From Phallusia mammillata (taxonomy: Eukaryota): DNA of 64,000 nucleotides. Below the pieces are notes generated by a model that saw nothing but the letters and a program-made list of their open reading frames with translations, did not search any database and was not told the DNA's origin. Shown here in pieces: positions 1 to 11,444 of the stretch. Both the position numbers and the translations under genes were made by a program. Each line of letters begins with the position of its first letter. The stretch's first letter is position 1. The DNA is taken from assembly GCA_965637545.1 (NCBI GenBank), contig OZ281496.1, forward strand, positions 13,082,001 through 13,146,000, given 5' to 3'.

Positions 1-189
1 TTGCGACCTATGGCGTAATAATTCAAAATCTTCGAACACGAAAAGCGGTCAAAAAGAGAAACCAATTGTAGAAACCTGCAATTTGGAAATGACGTTTCAT
101 TTTAGAAACATCTGTGTAAATAATTATTTAATTATGTTATAACATTGCAATTGTAGTTTACCTGTTAAATAACGGTACTAAAACGTTTG

Positions 190-1010
190 AACTGTTTGAC
201 GTCAGAGACAAACGTTAATTCTACGTCACATATGACGTTTTGAAATAGGCTTAGTTGTATTGCAGTTTGTTGCAACGTTACTAAACAACGTTAATAAAAC
301 GTTTAAACTGACGTCGAAACCGGTTGTACACAAGTTAAATTTGACGTCAGTGACAAACGTGAATTCTACGTCACATATGACGTTTTAGAATAGTTGTATT
401 GCAGTTTGTTGCAACGTTACTATACAACGTTAATAAAACGTTTAAACTGACGTCGAAAACGGTTGTACACAAGTTAAATTTGACGTCACTGACAAACGTG
501 AATTCTACGTCACATATGACGTTTGAACAAAGTTGTATTGCAGTTTGTTGCAACGTTACTACACAATGTTAATAAAACGTTTAAACTGACGTCGAAAACA
601 GTTGTACACAAGTTAAATTTGACGTCAGAGACAAACGTGAATTCTACGTCACATATAACGTTTTAACAAAGTTGTATTGCAGTTTGTTGCAACGTTACTA
701 AAGAACGTTAATAAAACGTTTAAACTGACGTCGAAACCGGTTGTACACAAGTTAAATTTCACGTTAGTGACAAACGTGAATTCTACGTCACATATGACGT
801 TTGAACAAAGTTGTATTGCAGTTTGTTGCAACGTTACTAAAGAACGTTAATAAAACGTTTAAACTGACGTCGAAAACAGTTGTACACAAGTTAAATTTGA
901 CGTCAGAAACAAACGTGAATTCCACGTCACGTATGACGTTCAAAAACAGTTTTATTTTAGTTTGTTGCAACGTTCAGATGAAACGTCAATAAAACGTTTA
1001 AAATTACGTC
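190..1010. repeat. 139-bp tandem repeat array rich in ACGT/TGACGTCA palindromes
   Basis: TGACGTCA at 342, 481, 620, 898 (mutated at 759) gives 139-bp spacing; near-identical short ORFs recur at 139/278-bp offsets; degenerate units continue to ~1200. Confidence 0.92.
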
Positions 1011-2588
1011 AAATATAGTTGCACACAGGTTTTCTTCAAACGTCAACAAAATACGTTTTTTTCACGTTTTTAAACACGTCTGGAAAGGTTGTATAAATGT
1101 TTTTGCCTGACGTTAGGTTTTACCAAATTTCAACGTCATGTATTACGTAACAAAAACTGTAGCAAGACGTGATTTGTTGACGTTCGTTGGCAAACTTTCC
1201 CACAACATTTACTTTGTGTAAAAAAATTGGTTCCGAACGTCGAAACTACGTTGTGTGTTAGCTGGGGTGTTTTTTTTTTTGCTTTTGTAGTGAACAAGAT
1301 AGGGTGTTGAATCTTTTTTACTTTTCAAATTATGCCTTTTTAACAGCGAATTGGATTGAATTGTTTGTTTGTATAACAACAGCACTAAACGGGAAAAAAC
1401 ACAATGTGAATCGGTCATTTGGTGTGCAGTAGTGGGATCAAACTATGTAGCATGTCTCTATTTTTGTTGTGATGGTTTGTTGTATAATTGTTAATGAAAT
1501 CAATTTTGAAATCTCACCAGTTGCCTGTTCTCTTAGTTTCTAACGTCATGGGAGCAAGCTAATCTGGCCATGCGTCGAATTGCTTCCTGTAATACGAGCA
1601 CGTTGTAAAGCCGTAAGTCGCAGCTGCACAACCCGTTAGTGTCTAAATTACTTCGTTTACGCGCAACAATTGATTATTGTAGTCCAGTTAAAGTTTGCAA
1701 TAGCGAGGGAAAGCTAGTATGTATGTTAGTTAGATTTGGAAGAAGGAATTCGTTTGTCTGTCATGTTTAGAACACATCGTTCCAATCATTTTAGTAGAGA
1801 TCTGTTATGTTGGATATGTTCGGTATAGTAAAAATGTCTTTTAGGTCGTTACGTAATTACACTTTGAAACAAATAAGCGATGCGAAGTTGTAATTAAACC
1901 TAGATCGAATTTCCACAAGAGTTTGGAGTTAAGTGTTGACACTCGGAAACACTGATTGGCTTGATGCATCTATACGTTTGTTTTGAATAGAAGGATGACT
2001 ATAGTCTATTTTTACTACAATGTTTACTTACTTATAACGGTTGCGTGTATATTAGTTTTAATTTATTGTACTTCTGTTGTAATCTCAAGTTTTCACAAAG
2101 TGTAAAACCCAATCCCCGGAAGTGCAGTGATTATCTTAAATAGAACAAATGTATTACAGACGTGGCATCAACCGCTTCACGCACAGATAAGAACTACTGA
2201 ACTGCAAAAATATTTTCTGACATATTTACGCTAAAATAATTACTTTTTCTCGGTAACCTTTGTAGGTTAAATTCACTCAATACTGGATAAAGCATTTGGC
2301 CTTTTTAACAGTGCCACAGAAATATGTCCGATCAGTTGTTTGTCCCAGTTTGTGGTCAATATAAATGACGCTTGTAATCGGACACGCTGGAAAAGGAAAT
2401 TGTTGCACAGCTAACTACCGCACTGCGTAGCCAGTTGATTTCGATTACCTTGGAACCACACTCGAGTATTAGGAGGTGTAGATAGTTAAATGCAATTGCA
2501 AAGTATTACAAAACTTACGGTTGTAACTTTCATATTTTAATCCCGTAGTATTATACTTTATTCACATATTTTATCCCTTGTTGCTTTA

Positions 2589-3524
2589 TTGTGTAAGGCG
2601 ACTCTTACTAAACATAAACCTTATAAATGTGATGTTTGTGTAAAAATATTTGCAACAAGTGGACATTTAAAAATACACATGTTGACACAAACCAGTGAGA
2701 AACTTCATCGATGTGATGTTTGTGAAAAAATGTTTACCCGTTCAAACGATTTGAAAACACACCTGTTGATTCACACAAACGAGAAACCACATCAATGTGT
2801 TGTTTGTGAAAAGAGATTTTGTCAGCGTGGAAATTTAAAAAGTCACATGTTGACACACACCAAAGAGAAACCTCATCGCTGCATTGTTTGCGAAAAACGC
2901 TTCAGCGACAGTGGAAATTTAAAAAAACACATTTTGACACACACTAAAGAAAAAGCCCATCGATGTGATGTTTGTGAAAAAAGATTCACCAGTTCAGAAG
3001 GTTTGAAAAAACACGTGTTGATTCACACCGAAGAGAAACCATATCAATGTGTTGTCTGTGAAAAGAAATTCGTTCAGAATGGAAATTTGAAAAGACACAT
3101 GTTGATTCACACGAACGAAAAACCACATCGATGTTATGTTTGTGAAAGAAGATTTAGTCGAAATGGAAACTTAAAAACACACATGTTTACACACACCAAA
3201 GAGAAACCTTATCGCTGCATTGTTTGCGAAAAATGCTTCAGCGAAAGTGGAAGTTTAAAAAGACACATGTTGACACACACCAAAGAAAAACCTTATCGAT
3301 GCGATTTTTGTGAAAAAAGATTTCGTCAAAGTGGAAGTTTAAAACCACATATGTTAATACACACCAATGAGAAACCTCATGAATGTAACATTTGTGCAAA
3401 AAGATTTCGCCAAATTGGGACTTTAAAACCATACATTTACACACTCCAAAAAAAACTCATCGATGTGATGTTTGTGAAAAACGCTACACCGCAAGTGGGA
3501 AAGTCACATCACGACACACAATAA
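2589..3524 (+). CDS. Tandem C2H2 zinc-finger protein exon (about 9 fingers, degenerate/frameshifted 3' fingers)
   Basis: Repeated CxxC-x12-HxxxH with T(K/N/E)EKP(H/Y) linkers; first finger has H>Q; tenth finger breaks into a frameshift near 3435. Confidence 0.9.
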   Translation: MCKATLTKHKPYKCDVCVKIFATSGHLKIHMLTQTSEKLHRCDVCEKMFTRSNDLKTHLLIHTNEKPHQCVVCEKRFCQRGNLKSHMLTHTKEKPHRCIVCEKRFSDSGNLKKHILTHTKEKAHRCDVCEKRFTSSEGLKKHVLIHTEEKPYQCVVCEKKFVQNGNLKRHMLIHTNEKPHRCYVCERRFSRNGNLKTHMFTHTKEKPYRCIVCEKCFSESGSLKRHMLTHTKEKPYRCDFCEKRFRQSGSLKPHMLIHTNEKPHECNICAKRFRQIGTLKPYIYTLQKKLIDVMFVKNATPQVGKSHHDTQ

Positions 3525-3592
3525 AGACAAAACTCCATTGATGTAATACAAGTACAGGTTTAACATCAACACATTATGATACACACTCTAGA

Positions 3593-3670
3593 ACAGCAGT
3601 TCCCAAACCCGGGTCCGCGGACCAAATGGGGGTCGGTTTCCAAACCGGGTCCGCGGACCAAATGAGCAAT
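3593..3670. mobile_element. Left end of a hAT MITE (partial)
   Basis: CAGCAGTTCCCAAAC terminus after TCTAGAA, internal duplication of CCGGGTCCGCGGACCAAATG; right end not found. Confidence 0.5.
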
Positions 3671-4307
3671 TTCAGATTTAGCATGCATTTAGATTCCTAG
3701 AAACAATTTTTTTAACCAATTAATTTTTGTTGTTGTCTAAACCCAGTCAACAGTACAATGCAACACAGCGTTAAATCGAAAATGTGAAAAATTATATATA
3801 AATTTTTAATGACATATAATTGTGGTTTTCGAGTTTACTTCTTTCAAAAGCTAAAGCGACATGTAGTGTCAATTTCATGTATTCTTGCTAAACTACCTTG
3901 CAAATCATCACGTCACTGACTACACATATTAAAACTGTGCACTGACAAGACTTTGGTTTGTAACTTGGGATGAAATAAGTTCAATTTGTTGCAACAGGAT
4001 ATCGTTAATGCTCATCACGAAACTGATGAACACAATGCAAATCGTCATTTGGCGTGTAGTGTAAACAGACGTTGTTTCTGTTGGATCGTTATGGTGTGAA
4101 TAAATAGATATTCCACGTGTTGTGTGGTCTCTCAGTTTCTAACACGAAAGCTGACCACGTGTCTTACGTAAAGCTGCTAATTTCAGAGTAAAAAACAAAC
4201 AGTCCCGTCGAAAAAACACACAGGGATTCATACAAATGCAGCGTATCAGAGATTTTCGTCGTCAACAGGCATTGTAAACTGTTAAGTATTACGCATTTCG
4301 AGACCTG

Positions 4308-4452
4308 TGTTGTACGCATTTCGCACCTTGCGTTTTAATTACATGATTCGCATTTTTGTGCTGTTATGCTAATTAATTTAGGTGCTATGTATAAACCGTG
4401 CTTGCTTTCGTTTTATTCATTCAATTGATTTGCTCTGATCGAAAATACAACA
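4308..4452 (+). mobile_element. 5' LTR of a Ty3/Gypsy (Mag-like) retrotransposon
   Basis: TGTTGTA...TACAACA perfect 7-bp terminal inverted repeat, 145 bp, followed by a primer-binding site. Confidence 0.75.
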
Positions 4453-4453
4453 T

Positions 4454-4466
4454 TGGCGAAGAGGAT
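4454..4466 (+). promoter_or_regulatory. Primer-binding site (tRNA-Ser type)
   Basis: TGGCGAAGAGGAT 1 nt after the LTR; one mismatch to TGGCGACGAGGAT, the complement of the tRNA-Ser(GCT) 3' end. Confidence 0.7.
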
Positions 4467-4507
4467 ATTTTTCGACTTCACGCCATTGGAAATCTTCACT
4501 TCTGACG

Positions 4508-5520
4508 ATGGAAAAGTTTTTCGACTTCATGCAAAAGCAAGTTCAAGAAAGACGTCACCAAGAACAAATAGAAGTTATAATGACGGCACTGAAGAAGACA
4601 TCTTCCGATGAAAGTTCTTCTTCAGCCCGTATCAGCGCACCCCAGGTAACGCCTAATTTCTGCGCGTTTGATTCCACAGTGGAGCTGTGGCAAGATTGTT
4701 TGTCTAGGTTTTACACTTTTGTTAAGGCTCATGAAGTTCCCGAGACGAGACAAGCGCAAGTTTTTCTGACGAATAAAAGCGGTACTGTTAACAAGCTTCT
4801 GGCCAATTTGGCATCGCAGAGTTCTCCACCCAAACAGGTAATTGGCTTAAAGATGGAAGAGATTAAAGCTTTCATGGATGAGCAGTATGACCCCAAACGT
4901 TTTGTGGTGAGAACGTTTTAAATTTTGGAGCGGAATGAAGCGTAAGCCGGGAGAATCGATCCAGGAACTTGCAGCGCGCATTCGTCAGGATGCTAGCACC
5001 TGCGACTTTCCATCTATTTCCGACCCTTTGGACGAAGCATTAAGGACACGTTTCATCTGTTCTGTTGGCAATGAGGCTGTCTTGAAGGCTGTATTCAAGG
5101 TAAAAAGTGACGAACTTTCGTTTTCGCGGGCTATACAGATTGCTACGGAGACGGAAGATGCTGCTCGGGTTGCCAAAGAAACTGTTTTCGGGGCAGAAAT
5201 GAAACCTTCCGTTAACAAGCTCAAGAGCCACAAGAACCCGAGGAATTTAGGCTTCCAGCATACAAGGAAAGAACCGTTAACATGTCATAGGTGCGGGAAG
5301 CCTGGACATCTTGCAACAACCTGTCGTTTTAAAAACTCCAGGTATAATTTTTGTAAGTGCAAAGGACATTTGCAAGCAGTATGTCGAAAGAAGATGCAGA
5401 TTTCGAGCGTGAGATTAGTGGCATCTCTTGATTGCCAGCTCATGCCGAAACTGATTTGTACACTAGTCGTCGATTCCAAATCGTTCAACGTAGAACTCGA
5501 TACCGCTGCAGGTGGTATTA
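4508..5520 (+). pseudogene. Gypsy gag-protease remnant, frameshifted and 3'-truncated
   Basis: Gag-like ORFs 4508-4921 and 4935-5612 rejoin as VVRERFKFWSGMKRK with a 2-bp repair; zinc knuckles CHRCGKPGHLATTC and (Y)NFCKCKGHLQAVC; protease motif ELDTAAG; no RT/IN downstream. Confidence 0.85.
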
Positions 5521-5853
5521 TTTGTTTTGAAGTGTTCACCGAACCAAATCAGGCACATAGAGAACGTTATCACAGGAGGGATTGCACTTTTTCATTTATG
5601 GCCATTGATTAGTATAGTGTCGAACGTCATTTTATGCAGCCTGGTATGAAACGACAGCATTCGTCTTGAGTGTAGGGAAAAAAGTAAATCGCGCCATTTG
5701 TGTGATTAGTTCATGTTTTGACAAACAGACTGTCTAAATCAGTGGTTCCCAAACTATGGTACGCGTACCACTAGTGGTACGCGAAGGTCTCCAACGTGGT
5801 ACGCGAGCAACTTATTCAGTTCACACCAAACGATCGCAAATGATCTTCTAGTG

Positions 5854-6244
5854 CAGGGGTCTCAAACACGCGGCCCGCCAAGGGTTTTTGTGCGGCCCGC
5901 GAAGTAACTTTTTAAAAGTTGTGTTTTACTCTGGCGGAGTACCGTTTTTGACTAGAAAGTTTACATAATACAATCATTTTTCTATTAGTGGTATATGTTA
6001 CGTTTTCACAAGATAATCAAACTCGCTCAGTTTTAGAATCAGCAATTGAGATTGTTGCGTCATATTTCATACATATATCTGTTTGTTATTTAATACAATA
6101 TTGTTTTTAATGTAGCTAATGGCACAAATGAACATTTCATTTTTTAATCTTGCAATATTTTGTTTGATATCGATATAGTGCGGCCCTTGACTTACTTAGA
6201 AGTTTATTTTTGGCCCCCAAAGCAGTTTGAGTTTGAGACCCCTG
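5854..6244. mobile_element. Nested hAT MITE
   Basis: CAGGGGTCTCAAAC / GTTTGAGACCCCTG; TSD TTCTAGTG on both sides. Confidence 0.93.
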
Positions 6245-6638
6245 TTCTAGTGATTATCGTAAGCATTATTTTAATTCACACAAGTTACGTAGAGCGTGAA
6301 ATTTCATACTACATTCCCTACTAAATTCTAATTCCTTGATGTATTGACGCATCGAACTGTAAAGCAGGGTTTCTTTGTGACGAAACAGGTGTATTATGAC
6401 GTTATGAATCTGTTATTATGACGTAATAAATCCTTAAAGTCAGATTTGGTAATCAGCTACTAGTTGTGTTGACAGTAGCACTGTAGCGAGGGCGGTAAAA
6501 GTTTGACTAAATTTTGCTTTTGGTTACTAAAGGTAAAGTTAGTTAGTAAAGTTTAGTAACATTTTTATTCATTAAACATTTTGCCCATCATTTTTTATTT
6601 GTGAATTTGTGAAGAGTTTTCTAACAATTATTGTAGGT

Positions 6639-7128
6639 CAGGGGTTCCCAACCTTTTTACAATCTCGTACCACTTGGACGCTCTGCACTGCCACGCGTAC
6701 CACCATAGAGAACTAATGTGCTTCTTGCAGCACAACTAATTTGTTCGAATCATATTTCATTCGACGCTATTTGAAGCTTAAGCTAAAAAACAGTAGATAA
6801 TATCTCTCAAGAGCAATCATTTGACATAATTAACGCCAACTGTGCCACAGCGTTGTACGGCTTTTTATAGCAAGTAGCAACTATGCTTTTGTTGACAATT
6901 GACATGACCTGTATTTTAAAGATCGTAATGATATGAAACAACAGAAATATTTACGTAACGATGACAATAGGCCTGGGGAATGTTGTTTTTTTGTAAACAA
7001 AACCAGATAAACAAAATATAAGGTTGTAAATCCAGGTTTATGTGAACAAAACGGAAGCTACTCACGTACCACCGGAAAAAGCTTCGCGTACCACTAGTGG
7101 TACGCGTACCACAGGTTGGGAACCCCTG
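6639..7128. mobile_element. Nested hAT MITE
   Basis: CAGGGGTTCCCAACC / GGTTGGGAACCCCTG; TSD TTGTAGGT on both sides. Confidence 0.93.
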
Positions 7129-7232
7129 TTGTAGGTGGTACGAGAACGCTGCATGAACCCAAATAATGGTACGCGAGTAGATAAAGTTTGGGAACCACTG
7201 GTCTAAATAGTCCAGCGGTAATGCAAAGTAAA

Positions 7233-7251
7233 CACGTGTGCATTGACCCGT
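7233..7251 (-). promoter_or_regulatory. Conserved 19-bp upstream element ACGGGTCAATGCACACGTG (copy 1)
   Basis: Identical 19-mer at 25134-25152 and 32662-32680, each upstream of a zinc-finger exon; regulatory role inferred. Confidence 0.45.
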
Positions 7252-8418
7252 TGCCAATTATTGAAGGCAAGGCACGTTCCATGGCATTCTGGAACAAATG
7301 TACTAATTACTTCGGTATTATGACGTATTTTGAACTTCATAGAACATTGTTTGCGTTTGGAGTTGTATTTTACAGCAAACCTGAGCCTAATGCGATTTGC
7401 AGTAACATATGAACCTCCGGTGTTAGTTGCCCTAGAGATGGAGGGCTACAGCCAAAACAATTACCACATAAAGCCTTTTGTCACTGGGAGACTTTAGCCC
7501 GCAATAATATTTGTTCATAGTAAACCAAAGGTAGATGCTAATTGCCGAGTTTCAACGAATATATAATAAAAAATAGTTCTTGAGTTCGGAGATACAGTGG
7601 TGTGGTTGTTAGTTATGCACATAGTGTTAGACGCATCACACGGGCAATACAAAGTGTTATCTAAAGTTCGCTGAAGTTCGTTGGCTAAGCTACAGAGGCG
7701 TAAAGACTTTTTTGCCAAGACTTACACACCCACTGATGTTGCAACCAACACTAGCTTTGTGATATTTTACATAACGTCTGAAAACATTAAGCCATGATCA
7801 GAGGAAAAGTTAGTAAGGAGTGCTTGATGGCCTCAGGTACTTCAACTGCAAGCATCAAGTGGCAAGATTTAAAAAGTTTTTAAGTCGGCGATATTGTACT
7901 TGTGTTTGGTTGTGGCATTACGAGCGTAAGGTTTAGGAAGCAGTTAAATACAGCGTGTTAAGCAAACCAATCAACGACATGTCGCGCTCCTGGTGCTATT
8001 AGATGATTTGGTTTACAAATTTCGCATAGGCTATAAATGTATACAGAGCTGAACGTTCGTACACATGCATAAGCACAACATCAACCGACAAGGCGAAACC
8101 AATTGTGTTTATGAAATACATTACCAGGTGACGCCTTTTATAAGACAGATGCAGCTTCTTTTATAACTGGAGAGCAACAATCTTACTCAAGTGCAAACTC
8201 TATCAGAAAGTCGAAAAGTCAGATATCTTTCTGAATCAGTTTCCTAGATTAAAAACGTGCTTGAATCTCTTTATGCTAGTTCAATTAAAATTTCCAAAGA
8301 TTGTTACATAGAGGAATTTAACTTGCAAAAAAGTAATGTTAGCATTATTTTCCAAGTAGCACAATCTTTTTTTGTGAATTTGCTTTGATCAAATGTTATT
8401 CAATGTTTTTCTTTAGAA

Positions 8419-8763
8419 GCAGACTTTCCAAATAAACTGAGAAATTTGTTTGATAAGTGGTAAGATAAAGAAGAAATTTGTTCACCTGCAAACTTACAAA
8501 ATCATTGCAACGAGAAACAACCTTTTAAATGTGGCTTACATGAGAAATGCCTCAGAGCAAATTTGACCTCAAATGTCACACTGGTAAGAAACCACATCAA
8601 TGCACTGTTTGTGAAAAGAGTTTTAGTCAAGGTGGAGATTTGAAAAGACACATACTGACTCACACTGGAGAGAAACCGCTTCTATGTAATGTTTGTGAAA
8701 AAAGGTTTCGTACTGTTGGAAATTTAAATACACATATTGACTCACACTGGAGAAAAACCACAT
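8419..8763 (+). pseudogene. Truncated C2H2 zinc-finger paralog (2 fingers) of the gene at 29917-30546
   Basis: Acceptor TTTTTCTTTAG shared with the paralog; finger 2 RTVGNLNTH identical; ends at a LINE fragment. Confidence 0.85.
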
Positions 8764-8990
8764 GGATAACACTTTACATTTAGATGGGTTAAATGTGATT
8801 GACCAGCTGGAGGCCCATTTGTCAAGTAGATTAAGATCTTGCTGTAACATTTCGCGAAGTTGATTTGGACATCTATCGGAGAAGTAGAGTGCTGTTTCAT
8901 CAGCAAAAAGCGAAATGTTAGAAGTTATATTGTTGGAAATACGGACCCAAGATGTCGAACACCAGCATTGGTAGGCATAAAATCCGAAAA
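8764..8990 (-). mobile_element. LINE reverse-transcriptase fragment (CR1/L2/Jockey-like)
   Basis: ISLFADETALY...LQQDLNLLDKWASSWSITFNPSKCKVL within ORF 8623-9021. Confidence 0.8.
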
Positions 8991-10051
8991 AAAAAACATT
9001 GTTAAAGCGCACCCTTTGCAAACGACCGACTAAATATGACCGAAGTAGCGTGCGTAGGTTCCTATTTGTGCCAACTTGCTGTACCTAACGTTTGCAACAA
9101 CCCATGGTGCAAATCGAACGCTTTGGAAATGTCTAAGAAGACAATTCCGCAATCATTTAAGAGTGCTTGTTGGCTTAAATATTGTGAGTTAGGTGCAGAA
9201 GATTGGTTATACTTGTGTGGTTTTTGCGAACAATCCTAAACTGTGACATTAGTCGCATAACGGTTTAATGGCCAGCCATACGACCTTAAACATTAAGCGT
9301 AAAACGTCAAGCAAAAATCAAGTTGCACCCTTTTTTCAACCAACAGTATTACGTTTTTATATTTTATCATTTATGATAATACACACGTCAAACTTTGAGA
9401 CTCCCTGCCTTACACTAACTGATAAGTGTCCGCCAGCACCAAACTTTAAGTCTGTGGGAGAACCACACTTCTAAACAACGTCGTAATCTTTTTTTCTCTT
9501 AACAAGACTAGCAACGGGTCACTGCGGTCTTATATCTTGGTTCGACAGTCAGAACATACTTAGATGAACTAGAATGTGTTGTTTAAAAAATTAGCTAGAG
9601 TTAAGAGAGAGGAGACATGTAGAGAGGTTTGTTTATTTCATCTCATGATTACATGAAGCAGTAACACGCAAAATCGTCAGGACATGTATTATTTAATATG
9701 TGAGTTAACAGCAGCCTATCTGCCATTAATTATTATCTTCAATAAATTACTACATGTATTTGAACTCGGACTTGAGGATACCCACACACAGTGCAAGGGC
9801 AGGTTGACTACCCCGAACCTTGGAGCAAAATGATTTAGGTTGGCAAGAAAATACAACCTGATAGTTAACTCACGTGGCGACAAAGCTGCGAGACAAACGC
9901 ATAAATTGTTGGTGGCGTGAATAGCGATTTAATCTGTGGCAACGATTTCCTGACATTATACAGCTGTCAATGTAATACTTCAAGCTTGTCTTGCCGAAAT
10001 TTAAGCGTTCGTTTTTAGGTAAAGATATATTTCACGTTATTTCTTTTGCAG

Positions 10052-10898
10052 ATTAAAAAATAATAATAATAATAAAAGTTACCATGAGGATCAAAATTCG
10101 ATCCCTGAGGTTATGGATACACAATTCCAGACTCTGCAAAGGAATTAAGTTTATCTGCGACCTTTTTACAGCATTCTTTAAAAGAACCTCATAAGGGTTA
10201 ATTGAAAGCTGGATTTTGTACAAAAGATTTCAAAAAAGAAAGTGTAGAGCAGGATATTACTTATACCGGCAAGTCTGGTGATGACTTAAAACGAGTTAGT
10301 CCTATTTACAACAAAAAATACAACTTCCATCGATGTGAGGTATGTGAAAAAATATTTAGCCGTCAAGGAAATATGAAAAGACACATGCTGACTCACAGCG
10401 ATGAGAAACCGCTTTCGTGTGGTGTATGTGAGAAACGCTTTAGCCGGAAGGGACTGTTGAAAATGCACATGTTATCTCACACTAAGGAGAAACACTACGG
10501 ATGCCATGTTTGTAACAAATGGTTTAGCCGCAGTGACAATATGAAAACGCACATGCTAACTCACACAAAAGCAAACCCGCATCGATGTGATGTTTGTGAG
10601 AAAACATTTGGGCTAAACGTTAAAAACACACATGTTGACTCACACTGACCAGACAAATTTCAATGTGAAATTTGCAACAAAAGATTTCGGCGCAGAAGTG
10701 ATTTGTCAAAACACATGTTACCAAAGAGAAACGCCATCAATGTGATGTTTGTGGAAACAGATTTGGTCTTAATGGAAGTTTGAAAAGACACATTGTTGAC
10801 ACACACAAATGAGAAACCTTATCGATGTGACGTTTGTGAAAAAAACTTTTCAACGTTGTGAACATTTGAAAAGGCACATGTTGATTCACACTACATAA
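10052..10898 (+). pseudogene. C2H2 zinc-finger gene, about 7 fingers, 3' half frameshifted
   Basis: Acceptor TTTCTTTTGCAG at 10051; three intact fingers in ORF 10202-10648; further fingers in shifted frames to ~10895. Confidence 0.82.
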
Positions 10899-11444
10899 AA
10901 TGCTGTTGGGGAAACACAATATCCATAGTTTGTTAAAAAATGTTCAATGTTAAGTGCATAAAACCTTATTAGCAAATGAAATGGATTTAAAGTTTTATTT
11001 TTTTAAATTCAAGTGCACTTCTGACACACCCAAGTTGGGTTATCTTTGATTCCAGAGGCATGGGTAGCGCATTATTTTTCGTTTATTGAATTAGAACGCA
11101 CAGATTTCTTGAGTTGTTGTTTTTGCGCTAGCACTTTGCTTTACCGAATTAGTGGGATGGCTTGTGATCTTGCAGCGATTTTACCGACCGTGATTTGCGC
11201 GTTTAGAGTTTGTGAAAATAAAGTAACGTGCCTCGGTCAAATTTCCCCCTTGCGTTTTTTACACATAAGTTTTCTCACCTCTGCTGAACCGCTCATTAAC
11301 TGTCTTAAGGCTAATTTGTATCGTCCCTATACGTGCTAACGAGAAGCAACGTCCCCAATAATTACGGTTTAGAACTTACTTTTTGGGCGTATGTCTTTAC
11401 AACTATGCGCTCAAATTAATATTGTGCGCTTTTTAAGTCTAGCG

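Larger units (their letters stand above)
5740..7200. mobile_element. Non-autonomous hAT element containing two nested hAT MITEs
   Basis: TIR CAGTGGTTCCCAAACT / AGTTTGGGAACCACTG; TSD GTCTAAAT at 5732-5739 and 7201-7208. Confidence 0.93.

Noticed and set aside
371-992. Repeated 60-63-aa ORFs (MQQTAIQLCS..)
   Set aside because: By-products of the 139-bp tandem repeat; no splice or domain support.
190-1010. CRISPR-like array
   Set aside because: Units are contiguous 139-bp copies without unique spacers, and the context is eukaryotic with no cas genes.
9000-9270. Possible MITE with CGACTAA/TTAGTCG ends
   Set aside because: Inverted match too short and no TSD.
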